From contig OZ024743.1 in assembly GCA_964016885.1 (NCBI GenBank), forward strand, positions 114,080,001 through 114,144,000: DNA of 64,000 bases, written 5' to 3'. The notes under the pieces were generated by a model. The model saw nothing but the letters and a program-made list of their open reading frames with translations, was not told the origin of the DNA and made no database searches. Positions within the stretch are counted from its first letter, which is position 1, and the number at the start of each line of letters is the position of its first letter. The stretch is from Eledone cirrhosa (Eukaryota). Positions 1 to 12,189 of the stretch are shown here, piece after piece. A program made the position numbers and the translations under genes.

Positions 1-846
1 GCAGTTCTGTGTGAAAGATGTGTAGTTCTGTGTGTTGATGTGTGTAGATGTGTGAAAGATGTGTAGTTCTGTGTGTTGATGTGTGTGTAGATTTGAGAAA
101 GATGTGTAGTTCTGTGTGTTGATGTGTTTACATGTATGAAAGATGTGTAGTTCTGTTTGTTGATGTGTTTACATGTATGAAAGATGTGTAGTTCTGTGTG
201 TTGATGTGTTTACACATGTATGAAAGATGTGTAGTTCTGTGTGTTGATGTGTTTACATGTATGAAAGATGTGTAGTTCTGTGTGTTGATGTGTTTACATG
301 TATGAAAGATGTGTAGTTCTGTGTGTTGATGTGTTTACATATATGAAAGATGTGTAGTTATGTGTGTTGTTGTGTTTACATGTATGAAAGATGTGTAGTT
401 ATGTGTGTTGATGTGTTTACATGTATGAAAGATGTGTAGTTCTGTGTGTTGATGTGTTTACATGTATGAAAGATGTGTAGTTCTGTGTGTTGATGTGTTT
501 ACATGTATGAAAGATGTGTAGTTATGTGTGTTGATGTGCTTACATGTATGAAAGATGTGTAGTTCTGTGTGTTGATGTGTTTACATGTATGAAAGGTGTG
601 TAGTTCTGTGTGTTGATGTGTTTACATGTATGAAAGATGTGTAGTTATGTGTGTTGATGTGCTTACATGTATGAAAGATGTGTAGTTCTGTGTGTTGATG
701 TGCTTACATATATGAAAGATGTGTAGTTCTGTGTGTTGATGTGTTTACATGTATGAAAGGTGTGTAGTTCTGTGTGTTGATGTGCTAACATATATGAAAG
801 ATGTGTAGTTCTGTGTGTTGTGTTTACATGTATGAAAGATGTGTAG
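1..846. repeat. 41-bp minisatellite (GAAAGATGTGTAGTTCTGTGTGTTGATGTGTTTACATGTAT)n, about 20 copies, runs off the window start
   Basis: GAAAGATG recurs at 138 and 179 (41-bp period) and onward; only point variants between units. Confidence 0.95.
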
Positions 847-1045
847 CTGTGGGAAAGGAGGTATGTAGATGTGTGAAAGAAATAGGGATGAGAAAAGAAG
901 AGAACAAATATGAATGAAAATTAGGTTTTAAAATACTGGGAGGAGTGTGAGAGAGAGAGACTGTATTAGAGAATGTGTCACAGAGAGAGTGTGTGTCAAA
1001 GTGTGTGTGTGTGGCAGAGAGAGAGAGTCTGTGAGCATAAGAAAA

Positions 1046-1052
1046 TGTGCGC

Positions 1053-1083
<31 letters not shown>

Positions 1084-1097
1084 TGTGTGCGTGTGTG
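1046..1097. repeat. (GCGT)n/(GT)n alternating purine-pyrimidine tract
   Basis: Directly visible gtgcgcgcgtgcgtgcgt...gtgtgtg. Confidence 0.9.
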
Positions 1098-1261
1098 AAA
1101 AGGACAGAGATAGAGAGAGGAGGGTGACTTAAAAGAAAATTAAATCAGAGTCAGTAGAATGGAAAAAGAATGCAATGGTGTTGTTATAGCAGTGTTGTCA
1201 TAGGAACTGAGAAGAACAATGAAATAAGTCAGAGTAGAGAAAAGAAGATAACAGAGGGACA

Positions 1262-2160
1262 GGAATGAAAATAGAGGAAAGATGGTGATTGATAGAGGAA
1301 TGAAAATAGAGGAAAGATGGTGAGAGAAAGGAATGAAAATAGAGAGAAAGGAATGAAAGTAGAGGAAAGAAGATGATAGAGAGAAAGGAATGAAAGTAGA
1401 GGAAAGAAGATGATAGAGAGAAAGGAATGAAAGTAGAGGAAAGAAGATGATAGAGAGAAAGAAATGAAAGTAGAGGAAAGAAGATGATAGAGAGAAAGGA
1501 ATGAAAGTAGAGGAAAGAAGATGATAGAGAGAAAGGAATAAAAATAGAGGAAAGGAGATGATAGAGAGAAAGGAATGAAAGTAGAGGAAAGAAGATGATA
1601 GAGAGAAAGGAATAAAAATAGAGGAAAGAAGATGATAGAGAGAAAGGAATAAAAATAGAGGAAAGAAGATGATAGAGAGAAAGGAATGAAAGTAGAGGAA
1701 AGAAGATGATAGAGAGAAAGGAATGAATGTAGAGGAAAGAAGATGATAGAGAGAAAGGAATGAAAGTAGAGGAAAGAAGATGATAGAGAGAAAGGAATGA
1801 AAGTAGAAGAAAGAAGATGATAGAGAGAAAGGAATGAAAGTAGAAGAAAGAAGATGATAGAGAGTAAGGAATGAAAGTAGAGGAAAGAAGATGATAGAGA
1901 GAAAGGAATGAAAGTAGAAGAAAGAAGATGATAGAGAGAAAGGAATGAAAGTAGAGGAAAGAAGATGATAGAGAGAAAGGAATGAATGTAGAGGAAAGAA
2001 GATGATAGAGAGAAAGGAATGAAAGTAGAGGAAAGAAGATGATAGAGAGAAAGGAATGAAAGTAGAAGAAAGAAGATGATAGAGAGAAAGGAATGAAAGT
2101 AGAAGAAAGAAGATGATAGAGAGTAAGGAATGAAAGTAGAGGAAAGAAGATGACAGAGAG
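1262..2160. repeat. 37-bp purine-rich minisatellite (GAGAAAGGAATGAAAGTAGAGGAAAGAAGATGATAGA)n
   Basis: Unit starts at 1381 and 1418; degenerate seed units at 1262-1345. Confidence 0.95.
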
Positions 2161-3056
2161 AAAGGAATGAAAATAGAAGAAGACAATAGAGGGACATGAA
2201 GGAAAGGAATGAAAATAGAAGAAGACAATAGAGGGACATGAAGGAAAGGAATGAAAATAGAAGAAGACAATAGAGGGACATGAAGGAAAGGAATGAAAAT
2301 AGAAGAAGACAATAGAGGGACATGAAGGAAAGGAATGAAAATAGAAGAAGACAATAGAGGGACATGAAGGAAAGGAATGAAAATAGAAGAAGACAATAGA
2401 GGGACATGAAGGAAAGGAATGAAAATAGAAGAAGACAATAGAGGGACATGAAGGAGAGGAATGAAAATAGAAGAAGACAATAGAGGGACATGAAGGAAAG
2501 GAATGAAAATAGAAGAAGACAATAGAGGGACATGAATGGAAGGAAAGGAATGAAAATAGAAGACAATAGAGGGACATGAAGTAAAGGAAAGGAATGAAAA
2601 TAGAAGACAATAGAGGGACATGAATGGAAGGAAAGGAATGAAAATAGAAGAAGACAATAGAGGGACATGAATGGAAGGAAAGGAATGAAAATAGAAGAAG
2701 ACAATAGAGGGACATGAATGGAAGGAAAGGAATGAAAATAGAAGACAATAGAAGGACATGAATGGAAGGAAAGAAATGAAAATAGAAGAAGACAATAGAG
2801 GGACATGAATGGAAGGAAAGGAATGAAAATAGAAGAAGACAATAGAGGGACATGAATGGAAGGAAAGGAATGAAAATAGAAGAAGACAATAGAGGGACAT
2901 GAAGTAAAGGAAAGGAATGAAAATAGAAGAAGACAATAGAGGGACATGAATGGAAGGAAAGGAATGAAAATAGAAGAAGACAATAGAGGGACATGAATGG
3001 AAGGAAAGGAATGAAAATAGAAGAAGACAATAGAGGGACATGAATGGAAGGAAAGA
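2161..3056. repeat. 42-bp then 44/47-bp purine-rich minisatellite (AAAGGAATGAAAATAGAAGAAGACAATAGAGGGACATGAA[TGGAA]GG)n
   Basis: 42-bp period from 2161; from about 2530 units gain 5 bp and some lose GAA. Confidence 0.95.
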
Positions 3057-3057
3057 A

Positions 3058-3365
3058 ATAAGAAGTTCTGTCTTGCCACTTGATGTTGAATATGTGCCTT
3101 AAACATTTCTGCTGAAAACGTTCAAACAATTTGGTGTGTTTGCAGAGTAGTGTCCAGGTTTCAGCGGAGTATAAAAGATCAGACAGAACATGATCTATAC
3201 ACACACAACTTGGTATTGTTGGTAATGTTGCAATTTGCCCAAACTCTCTTTTCCAATTTTCCGAAGGCAACAGAGGCCTTCTGGATGCACAGATGTTGTT
3301 CAGCATCCAAGGAGCCATCAAACTGAATAATACTCTCATGTACTTTGTTTTAAATATGGTGAGAA
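3058..3365 (-). mobile_element. RTE-clade LINE ORF remnant (region C-terminal to RT), frameshifted
   Basis: Two frames join to DGSLDAEQHLCIQKASVAFGKLEKRVWANCNITNNTKLCVYRS / VLSDLLYSAETWTLLCKHTKLFERFQQKCLRHIFNIKWQD, matching the RTE/BovB-type pattern KASxAFGxLxxRVW...TKLxVY...LLYxxETWT...CLRxIxxIxWQD. Confidence 0.85.
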
Positions 3366-3540
3366 GGAAGATGAGAAAGCACAAATTAACTCTACCTGAA
3401 TGTCTATAATGTCCTTTCCCACCAATTTGAAAGGAAGAGGACAAAAATCTTTAAATAAACTGACCCTGGTGTTAAGTGACAGGGTCAGAGCTTATGAACA
3501 CCAACATCTATAACAACAACACTATCAAAACAATAAAAAG

Positions 3541-3880
3541 TCACACATTCACACATACATATGTGCATAGATATAAATATACATTTATACACACATATAC
3601 ATATATTCATACACACATACATAAATTCATACACACATACATAAATATGTATACATATGCAGAAACACACACATGGACATACACACATATACAGATAGAT
3701 ACACAGATACATACATGCATACATAAACACATACATATGTGCAAAGATATAAACATACATTCATATACATATATATACATATATTCATACACACACATAT
3801 ACATATATTCATACACACACATATACATATATTCATACACACACATAGATACATGTACATATGCACACACACACACACAG
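3541..3880. repeat. Degenerate CA/TA low-complexity tract with a 26-bp unit repeated about three times at 3770-3845
   Basis: Direct inspection. Confidence 0.85.
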
Positions 3881-4959
3881 ATGTCTGAAGTATTGTCCTC
3901 AGCAAAAAACTGAGTAGCAATGCAGTAAATCAGCAACCTTTAACAAATAAACTTTCAGCATGTATTGAGTACTTTTTGCTGCTTCTTTTAATAAATGAAA
4001 GGGAGATGAAACAAAAAAAGGTAAAGAGGAAAAGGAAGAAAATGGACAGTAAAACAGTGAAATGAAAAAAAAGAACGAAAATAAAGAAAAATATTTGACT
4101 GTTGAACAAGTTTTTTTTTTTTGGGGGGGGGGGAGATTACAGTTAGACTCAAACTAGAAATAAAGGGCTGAGGGTGAGGGGTAGAAAGGACAACAAGGGA
4201 GAAAAGAAGGGGAAGAAAAGGAGGTGAGGAAATAAAGGAAGGTGAGGAAGAGAAAGTGAAAAAAAGAAAAAGATGGTGAAGAAATGAAGGAAGAGGAAAA
4301 ATAAGAACATATATAGAAAAAGAACAAGAATGAATGTTAAACAAATACACCATTGAAGTCTAACAAGGAACAACTCCAACATCAAACAATAATGAGGGGT
4401 TTGATTTTGGAAGAGGCTATGTAGCCGGTAAGAGTGTCAGGCTCCATGAGTTGCAGCCTGAGTTAAAACAATTGTAAAGACAATTTGAAATATTTTCCAC
4501 CATCAAAAGTTGAAATCATTTAGTCGTCTGTTCATAACGTACTTTATGCTTTAGTTACATGCAGACATATCTACAGGTAAATACATAAACAGATACAGAC
4601 AACAAAAGGACGAGGCTGGTGAAACGCTATTGTAATGTGTGTTGTGTCCCTTTAGGGTTTACTGGCTACATAGCCTATTCATTTGATTTTCAGAAAGGAA
4701 GGCTCTTTATTTTGGTAAGTTTTATAAGCCATATTTGTATGTCTTTGAGACAGCCAGTGTGAATGCATTTGAATGAGCTTGCAGACAGCATAACTATAGT
4801 CTGACTGCAGCTGTGAGCAGGTGTGCAGGCATGTCCGGTAATCGAGATCCTAAAAATGGAAAAAGCCAGTCAACTGGGTCAAAGACACTTTGAACGCAGC
4901 CAGTTAGAATCTTATCTTTCCTTCACCGATAACAATGTATTTCATGTCTGAAATTATTG

Positions 4960-5251
4960 ACTCAACCGTAACGAGTTAACACTTTGTAGATCTATTTTAT
5001 TCTCTATTGTATAAATAATATTACAAATAAAAAAAAAGAAAAGAAAAAACAGTAGCGGGTACCACACACATCTAGGACCACATACAACACATAATCAGAT
5101 AATACACACATCTTTGGAATATTGTTAATCAATTTTTTAGTAATCTACTGATATAAAAATCAGTAGTATATTAAAAAATGTAAAAATGGGGGGGGGGGGG
5201 CGTTTCTTGATTTTGACGGACAAAAGGGCACATTTGGCCTAAATGGGTTGA
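4960..5251. mobile_element. Possible single terminus of a larger piggyBac-like element
   Basis: Ends ...CATTTGGCCTAAATGGG followed by TTGA (5248-5251), resembling the MITE end CTAAAGGG/TTAA; no matching opposite end found; left boundary arbitrary. Confidence 0.3.
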
Positions 5252-5444
5252 GAACCTGTGCTCTAAAGGATCTTTCGAATAATGTTATTCTATAAAGTGC
5301 ATAGATCGGAGATCAGAGTTTCTCCAGGTAGAGCCGCTATTTCTCTGAATTGAAGTAGCAGGAGTAGCAGCAGCAGTAGTCCTATTACTACCACCTCTAC
5401 TCTTACTACTACTGCTGATGCTACTATAGATGAGCAATCTATGG

Positions 5445-5616
5445 GGAGGTGAAAGTTGATTATATCGACCCCAGTATTTAACTGGTACTTTATTTTATGA
5501 TCTCGGAAGGAAGAAAACAAAGTTGACAATGGTAGAATTTGAACTCAGAACAAAGAGCTGGAATAAATACTTCAAAGCATTTAGTCTGATGCTTTACTGC
5601 TTCTGTGAAGCCACTG
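5445..5616 (-). mobile_element. Family-1 tRNA-derived SINE, diverged copy
   Basis: Reverse complement carries B-box TTCTGAGTTCAAATTC and ATAAAATAAAGTACCAGT central block. Confidence 0.75.
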
Positions 5617-6093
5617 CTTTCCCTAGAGTTGAGTAACAGCAATAACAATATTAATTTCACAAGCAGGCTGTTCCATTATTTCAACAGCTGGAACTCATGT
5701 AGGAACCACCAGGGATCCAACACATACATGGATTACCTTCATGTTGAATACTTAATGGTATTCATTACGGCTCTCTGCTTTCTTCATTCAAATCATGCCA
5801 AGGACAACTTTGCCTTTCATCTTTTCAAGGTCCCTAAAAAAAAACACCAGTTCAGTATTATGGTTGATTCTTCCTCTCTCTTTCTCTGGAAGAAATTGGC
5901 TGTGTTCAGACTTAGAGAGGAGATGATGTGCTCTGCCAAGTTTAACATGCCTAAGACATATCACAATGAAACCTTTATGACTATCAGAATTTATAGGTCC
6001 ATGCATACATTAATAGATATCAACTCTTAAAATCTTGCAATGATTTAGTAGAAAATGTCTAAAAGTTAAGTTGGTTACTTCAAATATATTTAA

Positions 6094-6301
6094 CCCTTTA
6101 GTATTTAAACCGGCCGTATCTGGCCAGAATTCTCTCACCTCTTTCTGTCCAAACCAGCTGTAAATGGCCACCCATACCAACATTAAGGTATTGTTCTCAA
6201 AATAAATAACATCAAAATCTCAGATTTGACACTAGGTGCGATAGAGCCTTTACTATGAAAATACAGTAGTATATATAGAGAGTAATGTAAATGCTAAAGG
6301 G
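6094..6301 (+). mobile_element. piggyBac-type MITE copy A (208 bp; orientation arbitrary)
   Basis: TIR CCCTTTAGTATTTA...TAAATGCTAAAGGG; TTAA at 6090-6093 and 6302-6305. Confidence 0.9.
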
Positions 6302-6664
6302 TTAATGTCTTTAGTGGTGATCGATATGAAAATTTCCAATAAACTAAAGTAAAGGCTTCAATTTTTAATGTGATGCAGTCAGAGGGCTATTTTGTACATT
6401 TCAAGAATAACTTGCTCCTACGGTTTTATGTGGTACAGGACGTTAAGAATTAGTATATGATATTCCCCTGGTCTATTATAAATGTGACAATAACACTCCA
6501 TTATCATTATTTTATTTAAAGGCACTGAGAAGGTCATGAAAAGTTAAAGGACTTAGTAATGTTATTGTTCCAAATTATATATAAGAACTAATAAGAAAAA
6601 TCTAATACCTATTTATATTTAGTATTTATGTGTCTATGCCTGTGTTTATGTTTCTCTTTGTATA

Positions 6665-6945
6665 TATGGACCTGTAACTTCTGATGGAGATGTAGGGTCA
6701 CTATATTGACACACAGCATGTCTTAGAGCCAATCACTCTCCATGTCTGAACCCAGCCAAGTGAGAAATAGATACAGAGAAAGACTCGACCCCAGTGCTGG
6801 ACTGGTACACTTTTTTATCAACTTCAAAAGGATGAAAGGCAGAGTTGACCTTGGTGGGATTTAAACTCAGAGCACAGAAAAGCAGAATGAACATCACAAA
6901 AACATTCTTTCTGGCATTCTAACAACTCTACCAATTAGCCATCTC
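6665..6945 (-). mobile_element. Family-1-related SINE with alternative 3' tail
   Basis: Head/central block at 6785-6945; tail 6665-6770 (TAACTTCTGATGGAG...GCATGTCTT...GTCTGAAC) shared with 15930-16045. Confidence 0.7.
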
Positions 6946-6966
6946 CATCTTTCTGCTGACAATTGC

Positions 6967-7088
6967 TTCTGAGTTCAAATCCCGCCGAGGTTGACTTTGC
7001 CTTTCATCCTTACGGGGTCGATAAAATAAAGTACCAGTAATGCACTGGGTATTTGCTGGTCTTGTGCCTAAAGTAGAAACAGTTATTT
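6967..7088 (+). mobile_element. Family-1 SINE, 5'-truncated
   Basis: TTCTGAGTTCAAATCCCGCCGAGGTTGACTTTGCCTTTCATCCTTACGGGGTCGATAAAATAAAGTACCAG...GGTCTTGTGCCTAAAGTAGAAACAGTTATT. Confidence 0.9.
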
Positions 7089-7094
7089 ATGTAG

Positions 7095-7242
7095 TGTCCC
7101 TTTATGTCACATAACATAGCAGTTCGACAAAATACATAGCAAATTGAAATAAGTACTAGTGGTAGATAATGGCTAACCCCTGAAAGTGGTGCCCAATATG
7201 GCTGCAGTCCAATGACTAAAACCACTAAAAGAATAAAAGAAT
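7095..7242 (+). mobile_element. 3' part of another SINE-like family ending GGTGCCCxAxxATGG...AATGACT...AAAAGAATAAAAGAAT
   Basis: Related pieces at 18641-18690 (+) and 19622-19686 (-). Confidence 0.6.
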
Positions 7243-7348
7243 CCCTCTTAGCAGTCTGAAATCGTTAGGCTAGGAACACTGAACTCATTTGCACCACATT
7301 TGTCCCATGTGCTAACAACTATCAATCCACCATACTATTGGAAATAAC

Positions 7349-7562
7349 TAATGGTTTCTGATTTAGGCACAAGATAAACGATTTTTTTTTGGGGGGGGGG
7401 GTTAAATCGACCCCCAGTGCATTACTGGTACTTTATTTTATCGTCCCCGTAAGGATGAAAGGCAAAGATAACCTCGGTGAGATTTGAACCCAGAACGTAA
7501 AGGGCCGTAACTCTATGCTACTAAGCATGACGTCCGACACTACCGAATCTGCCAATGCACTG
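7349..7562 (-). mobile_element. Family-1 SINE, near full length, with imperfect target-site duplication
   Basis: Head, B-box, central block and tail all present; TTGGAAATAACTAAT (7338-7352) vs TTGGAAGTAATAAT (7563-7576). Confidence 0.9.
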
Positions 7563-7569
7563 TTGGAAG

Positions 7570-7860
7570 TAATAATAAAAATAATGGTTTCTTTATTGGC
7601 CACAAGGGCTAACATGAAAAAAAACATTACAGACGGCACAGAACGGTACAGGGCGATACCAAGTGGGTTTTGTAAAAAAAGGTTAAAACAAAAAAGAAAA
7701 CATAGAAATGTGTAAAAGCAAATTAAAAAAATTCAAACAACAAAAGTTCCCCAATAGGGGGGAAACCTCCGAGGGTCACTCGTGGCGAAAACCACACAAA
7801 AGACCAAGGCCACCCTGACCACGTGAAGGGTGGTGGTGGAGGGTAGAGGAAGGAGCAGAA
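7570..7860 (-). mobile_element. 3' UTR fragment of the L1/Tx1-like LINE (second copy)
   Basis: Reverse complement aligns by eye with 9015-9195 (TGACCCTC..GAG.TTTCCCC, GGGAA.TTTGTTGTTTGA, TGTGCC.TCT.TAATGTTTT, GCCCT..TGGC.AATAAAGAAA.CATTA). Confidence 0.75.
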
Positions 7861-8015
7861 TTAAGTTAGACTATATTTTTATTATTGGAGGATTTGGCAT
7901 GCCGTAGATGATGATGTGCAAATCTGCTCAGAGGTTACGACATCTCCAACTTTTCCTTGATGGTAAGTAGTTGTGTTCGTTGAACACGTTTTTTTTCTCC
8001 AGCTCATCTCCTTAA

Positions 8016-8236
8016 CCCTTTAGCATTTACATTACTCTATATTTACTATTGTATTTTTGTGGTAAAGGCTTTATCTTACATGATTATCTCACATAATATC
8101 AAATCTATCAGATTTTGATGTTATTTATTTTAAGAACACTAGCTTAACATTAGTATGAGCAGCCAGTTACAGCCAGTTTGAACAGAAAGAGGTGACTGAA
8201 TTCTGGTCGGATCCAGCAGGTTTAAATGCTAAAGGG
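8016..8236 (-). mobile_element. piggyBac-type MITE copy B
   Basis: Perfect 14-bp TIR CCCTTTAGCATTTA; TTAA at 8012-8015 and 8237-8240. Confidence 0.92.
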
Positions 8237-8240
8237 TTAA

Positions 8241-9225
8241 CAGAACTGCAATGCTGGGTCAAACGAAGACTGAGAAGAAGCGCTTGGAGACCGGAATGTC
8301 TTCAAGCCCTCACAGCCCTCAGTCAATCTGGGTAGCATGATCAGTAGTAACTCGACTTTCACATTCTATAGAAGGTTAGTAGCAGGAAAAAAATTACAAC
8401 ATTCTTGGGGAGACTCTGGGCATTGACAAAAATCAACTAGCCACTCTTTTTCTGGAGACTTTTGGTCCAGGGCTCACAGATAACTTCCAGAAATCCCTGG
8501 CCAAGCAGCACTACCATGGAGCTTTGCAAGTTTGAGATAAACTTGACAGGCATGGAAGTGCTGTCCAAGATGCACACAGAGGGATGAAATAGTCCTGCAT
8601 CAAATGTCTGAGGATTGCTGACTAGTGGGTCAAACACCTGTTGTCATGTGTGGTGGGACAGATCCAACTATCAACTGAGTCCATTGTGAGAATCACCCTG
8701 CCATCTTTCTTTGGAGGGAAAGGACAGGCAGTTTTCATCTGCCTAATGGTCATGGCAAAAGAGATCATGTGGTGAACACATTCGAAAGGTTGAAAACAAA
8801 CACTTTCCTCTTTGGGAAGCCCTGATTAACTTTTTTTCAAGTTTCACCTGAAGAAGAAAATCAGGGTAGAGAGGAAAGTGCTGCTTTCCAACCAGTTTGT
8901 TGAAAGGTGGGTAAGTGTGCATGCAAGCATGGTCCAAGTGAATGGGTCTGCCTTGAGCATATGCCTGCAGATTGGAGCAGGATAACTGGGAGAGGGTGCT
9001 TGCCCTAGCAGTCAGATTGACCCTCTGAGTTTCCCCATTTTGCAGGGAATTTGTTGTTTGATTTTTAAATGTTTTTTTTTTCTTAGTCTCTGTTATAAAT
9101 TATATTTTACACAAAAAGAAACACTGTAGAGTCTTGTGCCATCTTTAATGTTTTCTTAATGTGAGCCCTGTGTGGCTAATAAAGAAATCATTAGTAGTAG
9201 TAGTAGTAGTAGTACTAGTAGTAGA
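8241..9225 (+). mobile_element. L1/Tx1-like LINE 3' remnant: degenerate ORF2 C-terminus, 3' UTR and (AGT)n tail
   Basis: 8461 on reads FGPGLTDNFQKSLAKQHYHGALQV*DKLDRHGS, then by frameshifts CPRCTQRDEIVLH (8562) / KCLRIAD*W and LMVMAKEIMW: the CCHC zinc knuckle and AKxxIW motif of L1/Tx1 ORF2; AATAAA at 9178. Confidence 0.75.
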
Positions 9226-9957
9226 AGGGAAACAGGTCAAGCAGGTGGACTACTGATAAAAACACAGTCTATAAAGGGACAGAGAGCTATGGAGACAGAG
9301 AGGGGGGGGGCTGAATCCAAGAGAAAGTGAGAGTTACATGGACAGGGAGGAGAGAAAGGGGGAGTTACAGGATACAAGAGAGGGGGAAGAATGGGGCATG
9401 AGGGAGAGGAGTAGAGATGTAAGAGGGATAATAGAAGGGGAAATAGAGAAGCAGACAGTGGAGAGGGGAATGAGTGAAAGAGCTACTGTGATAGAGTGGG
9501 TGGGTTGAGGGGTAGGGAGAGAAATGGACAGTCAGTAAAAGAGAGAAAGAAAGAACAGACCAGTGTTTACAAAATATAAATATAGTAGAAACATTCAGAA
9601 AAAAAAGAGACAGAAGTGGGGAGGGGAGGGGTCCTGAAGTAAGACCTGCCCCCACCCTATCACCCTCACCAAGAAACGATTGGGAAAAGGATGATAAACA
9701 TCAAAATACAAAGTGGACTAAGTGAATATTATTCTTGTGTTAGAATGACAGATGGTCGAAATATTAATTTACAGTTATGCTAGTAGTAAGTAGTGTTTCT
9801 TACATGTGTAATTTTTGGGCATTGACAATACTTCAGTTAACTGAAATTATCCATGCATTTAGTAAGTAAAAACTCCTTCTAAAGACTGTTTGAAATCTAA
9901 ACACAAGAAAGATAACTTCAATATCAAATCATTGAATTAGAAATATGATCAAGTGCT

Positions 9958-10462
9958 GGTTCAGTCTGTGAAGATCTATCCAAGCTTTGCTAGCAGGAAA
10001 AGCATGCTTTAAATGATGCTGATGGTAATGAGGTACTGACTCGGTCTGTGAAGACCTATCCAAGCTTTGCTAGCAGCGAAAGCAAACATTAAATGATGAT
10101 GATGATGATGTACTAACTCAGTCTATGAAGATTCGTCCAAGCTTTGCTAGCAGTGGAAGCATCATTTAACCCTTTAGCATCTACATTACTCTATATATAC
10201 TATTGTATTTTTGTGGTAAAGGCTTTATCTTACATAATTATCTCACATAATATTGAATCTATGAGATTTTGATGTTATTTATTTTGAGAACAATAACTTA
10301 ACGTGAATATGAGCGACCAGTTACAGCTGGTTTGAACAGTAAGAGGTAAAAGAATTCTGGCCGGCCGGACATGACTGGTTTAAATGCTAAAGGGTCAAAT
10401 GAAAACTATGCTGAACTTTTGTTAGCTGGGAAGACAGACATTAAATAATGATGATGATGATA
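9958..10462 (+). repeat. About 80-bp tandem units (GTCTGTGAAGAxCTATCCAAGCTTTGCTAGCAG..AAAGC...TTAAATGATG), third unit interrupted by a MITE
   Basis: Units near 9961, 10041, 10119 and a degenerate one at 10410-10462. Confidence 0.8.
10170..10394 (-). mobile_element. piggyBac-type MITE copy C
   Basis: Same TIR and body; TTAA 10166-10169, mutated TCAA 10395-10398. Confidence 0.9.
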
Positions 10463-11064
10463 CATAGAGAATGCAGTAATGGAAGGTGGATTTTATCTTT
10501 AAAGCCAGCTAGTTAAAGCAAGAGACATGTTCCAGGCTCATTAAACTTCCTTTTTAACTGAGTTGTATATGCCTCAGTGGAGCATATACAGTTTTATTTA
10601 AGAATATATAGTTTTTTTTTTAAATTTCACACTGCAACAGGTTTTTGTAAAAAAAAATGAGAGGAGTGTGTGAGAGAAAGGGTGGGAATGTGTGTGAGAG
10701 CAGAAGGGAGTATGTGTAAGAGAGGAAGGGAGAGTGTGAGAGAGTGTGTGTGTAGTGACACTGATGGTGTTTGGGCTGAACTTTTTAACCTAAGCTGTAA
10801 CAAGTCTTTATGGAAAGGAGATGGTAAGAGAGTGTATGTGAGAGAGACAGAAATAGACAGAGAACTAAAAGTAGAATTACTTTTATGAAAAATAGTATTT
10901 ATCCTCAAATTCCATTCGGTATTTTCAAGTTATTTATAAAATGTATTTTGAGTAAGACAGTAAGTTGTAAATACAGAGGATTTGGCTGTTATTTCTAGCA
11001 TGTTGGTTATAGGTGGTTACCTTATTTGATCAAAAAATCCCAACACTAACTTAATTTCATCTCC

Positions 11065-11155
11065 TATGTTTTGAATTCAAACCCCACCAGGGTCGACTTG
11101 GCCTTTTACCCCTCATGGGACGAGTCTATGAAATGAATACCAAATATTCACTGAG
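11065..11155 (+). mobile_element. Family-1 SINE fragment, diverged
   Basis: TTTGAATTCAAACCCCACCAGGGTCGACTTGGCCTTTTACCC. Confidence 0.6.
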
Positions 11156-11485
11156 CTTCATTCATATTTCTGTGATTTTCTCTATGCTTGTAGCATTTGA
11201 GAAATTTGAGGGAGTTGGGTCGCTGTCAAGAATTTTGTTGACAGCTTGCTATACTAATATATCAAGTGATGCCTGCAAGGGTACTTCATTTCCCAGCATC
11301 ATATCGTCCGCTACCACCCACGGCAATATTGTAAATGTGTTGGTTTGCCTAAAATATTATTAAAGCACCCCTAGCACCCCTAGTTGTGATATGTGATTCA
11401 GTACATTTGTCTTCTCCCACACTTTTTTACATGCATTCTGTTAAATATAAAACTTTTGTGAATAAAGAAAAAAAAACCTACATAA

Positions 11486-11674
11486 ATAATTGTTTCTACT
11501 TTTGGCACAAGGCCAGCAATTACCTCAGTGTATTACTGCTACTTTATTTTATCGACCCCATAAGGATGAAAGGCAAAGTTAACCTCGGCAGGATTTGAAC
11601 TCAGATCATAAAGGGCCATAACTCTATGCTACAAAGTATGGCATCCGACCCTCTACCAATACTGCCAAACTACC
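11486..11674 (-). mobile_element. Family-1 SINE, full length (short subtype), with perfect flanking direct repeat
   Basis: ACCTACATAAATAAT at 11476-11490 and 11672-11686 (partly overlapping the element ends). Confidence 0.92.
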
Positions 11675-12189
11675 TACATAAATAATACAAATGATTTTCA
11701 AATATATATCCAGTCATCTTTAATATTTATTTAACTATTATATCTTGCCGCAAATACTATTATAATAAAAGCGTACAAGTCATATATAATCAGTAAATAA
11801 GAGACTTAAAATATAATTTACTTCAGCTAATATTTATGTTAATGATACTTTTGTTTATGGTTGTCTCATGGGGAGAAATGAAGAACTCGTTATCAACTAT
11901 TATCAACTATCAACAAATTGTTGTTTAGACTCAGATCAATGAGGATCCATTTATTAACATGTCCTATTTCTTAATGTTCATAGATACTCTAATCATCCAT
12001 TCATTCATGAATGGAAGTTCACTGGTGGTCTTATACCTGCCAGTCACTAATTTGGTAAATATATCAGACCTGCGGAGATGAGGCTTTTTTAACAGGTGGC
12101 CATTGCTCACCTCGTAGTAACTTTATCACTAGGTTGTCACTCATTGCTCCATCTCTCCAAGTTTGGTCCAGGGTTGCTTATTCATCTAG

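Noticed and set aside
1-846. CRISPR-like regular repeats (also 24510-26270 and the 34-bp array)
   Set aside because: No unique spacers, no cas genes, eukaryotic context
1140-3444. 625-748 aa Phe/Ser/Leu-rich ORFs
   Set aside because: Translations of the pyrimidine strand of minisatellites in all three frames; only the short RTE-derived part is protein-like
5605-6030. 141-aa ORF
   Set aside because: Non-ATG start, no recognisable motif and no convincing splice signals
11265-11392. GCACCCCTAGCACCCCTAG and nearby GC-rich bits suggesting a small DNA-transposon remnant
   Set aside because: No matching inverted end or TSD could be defined
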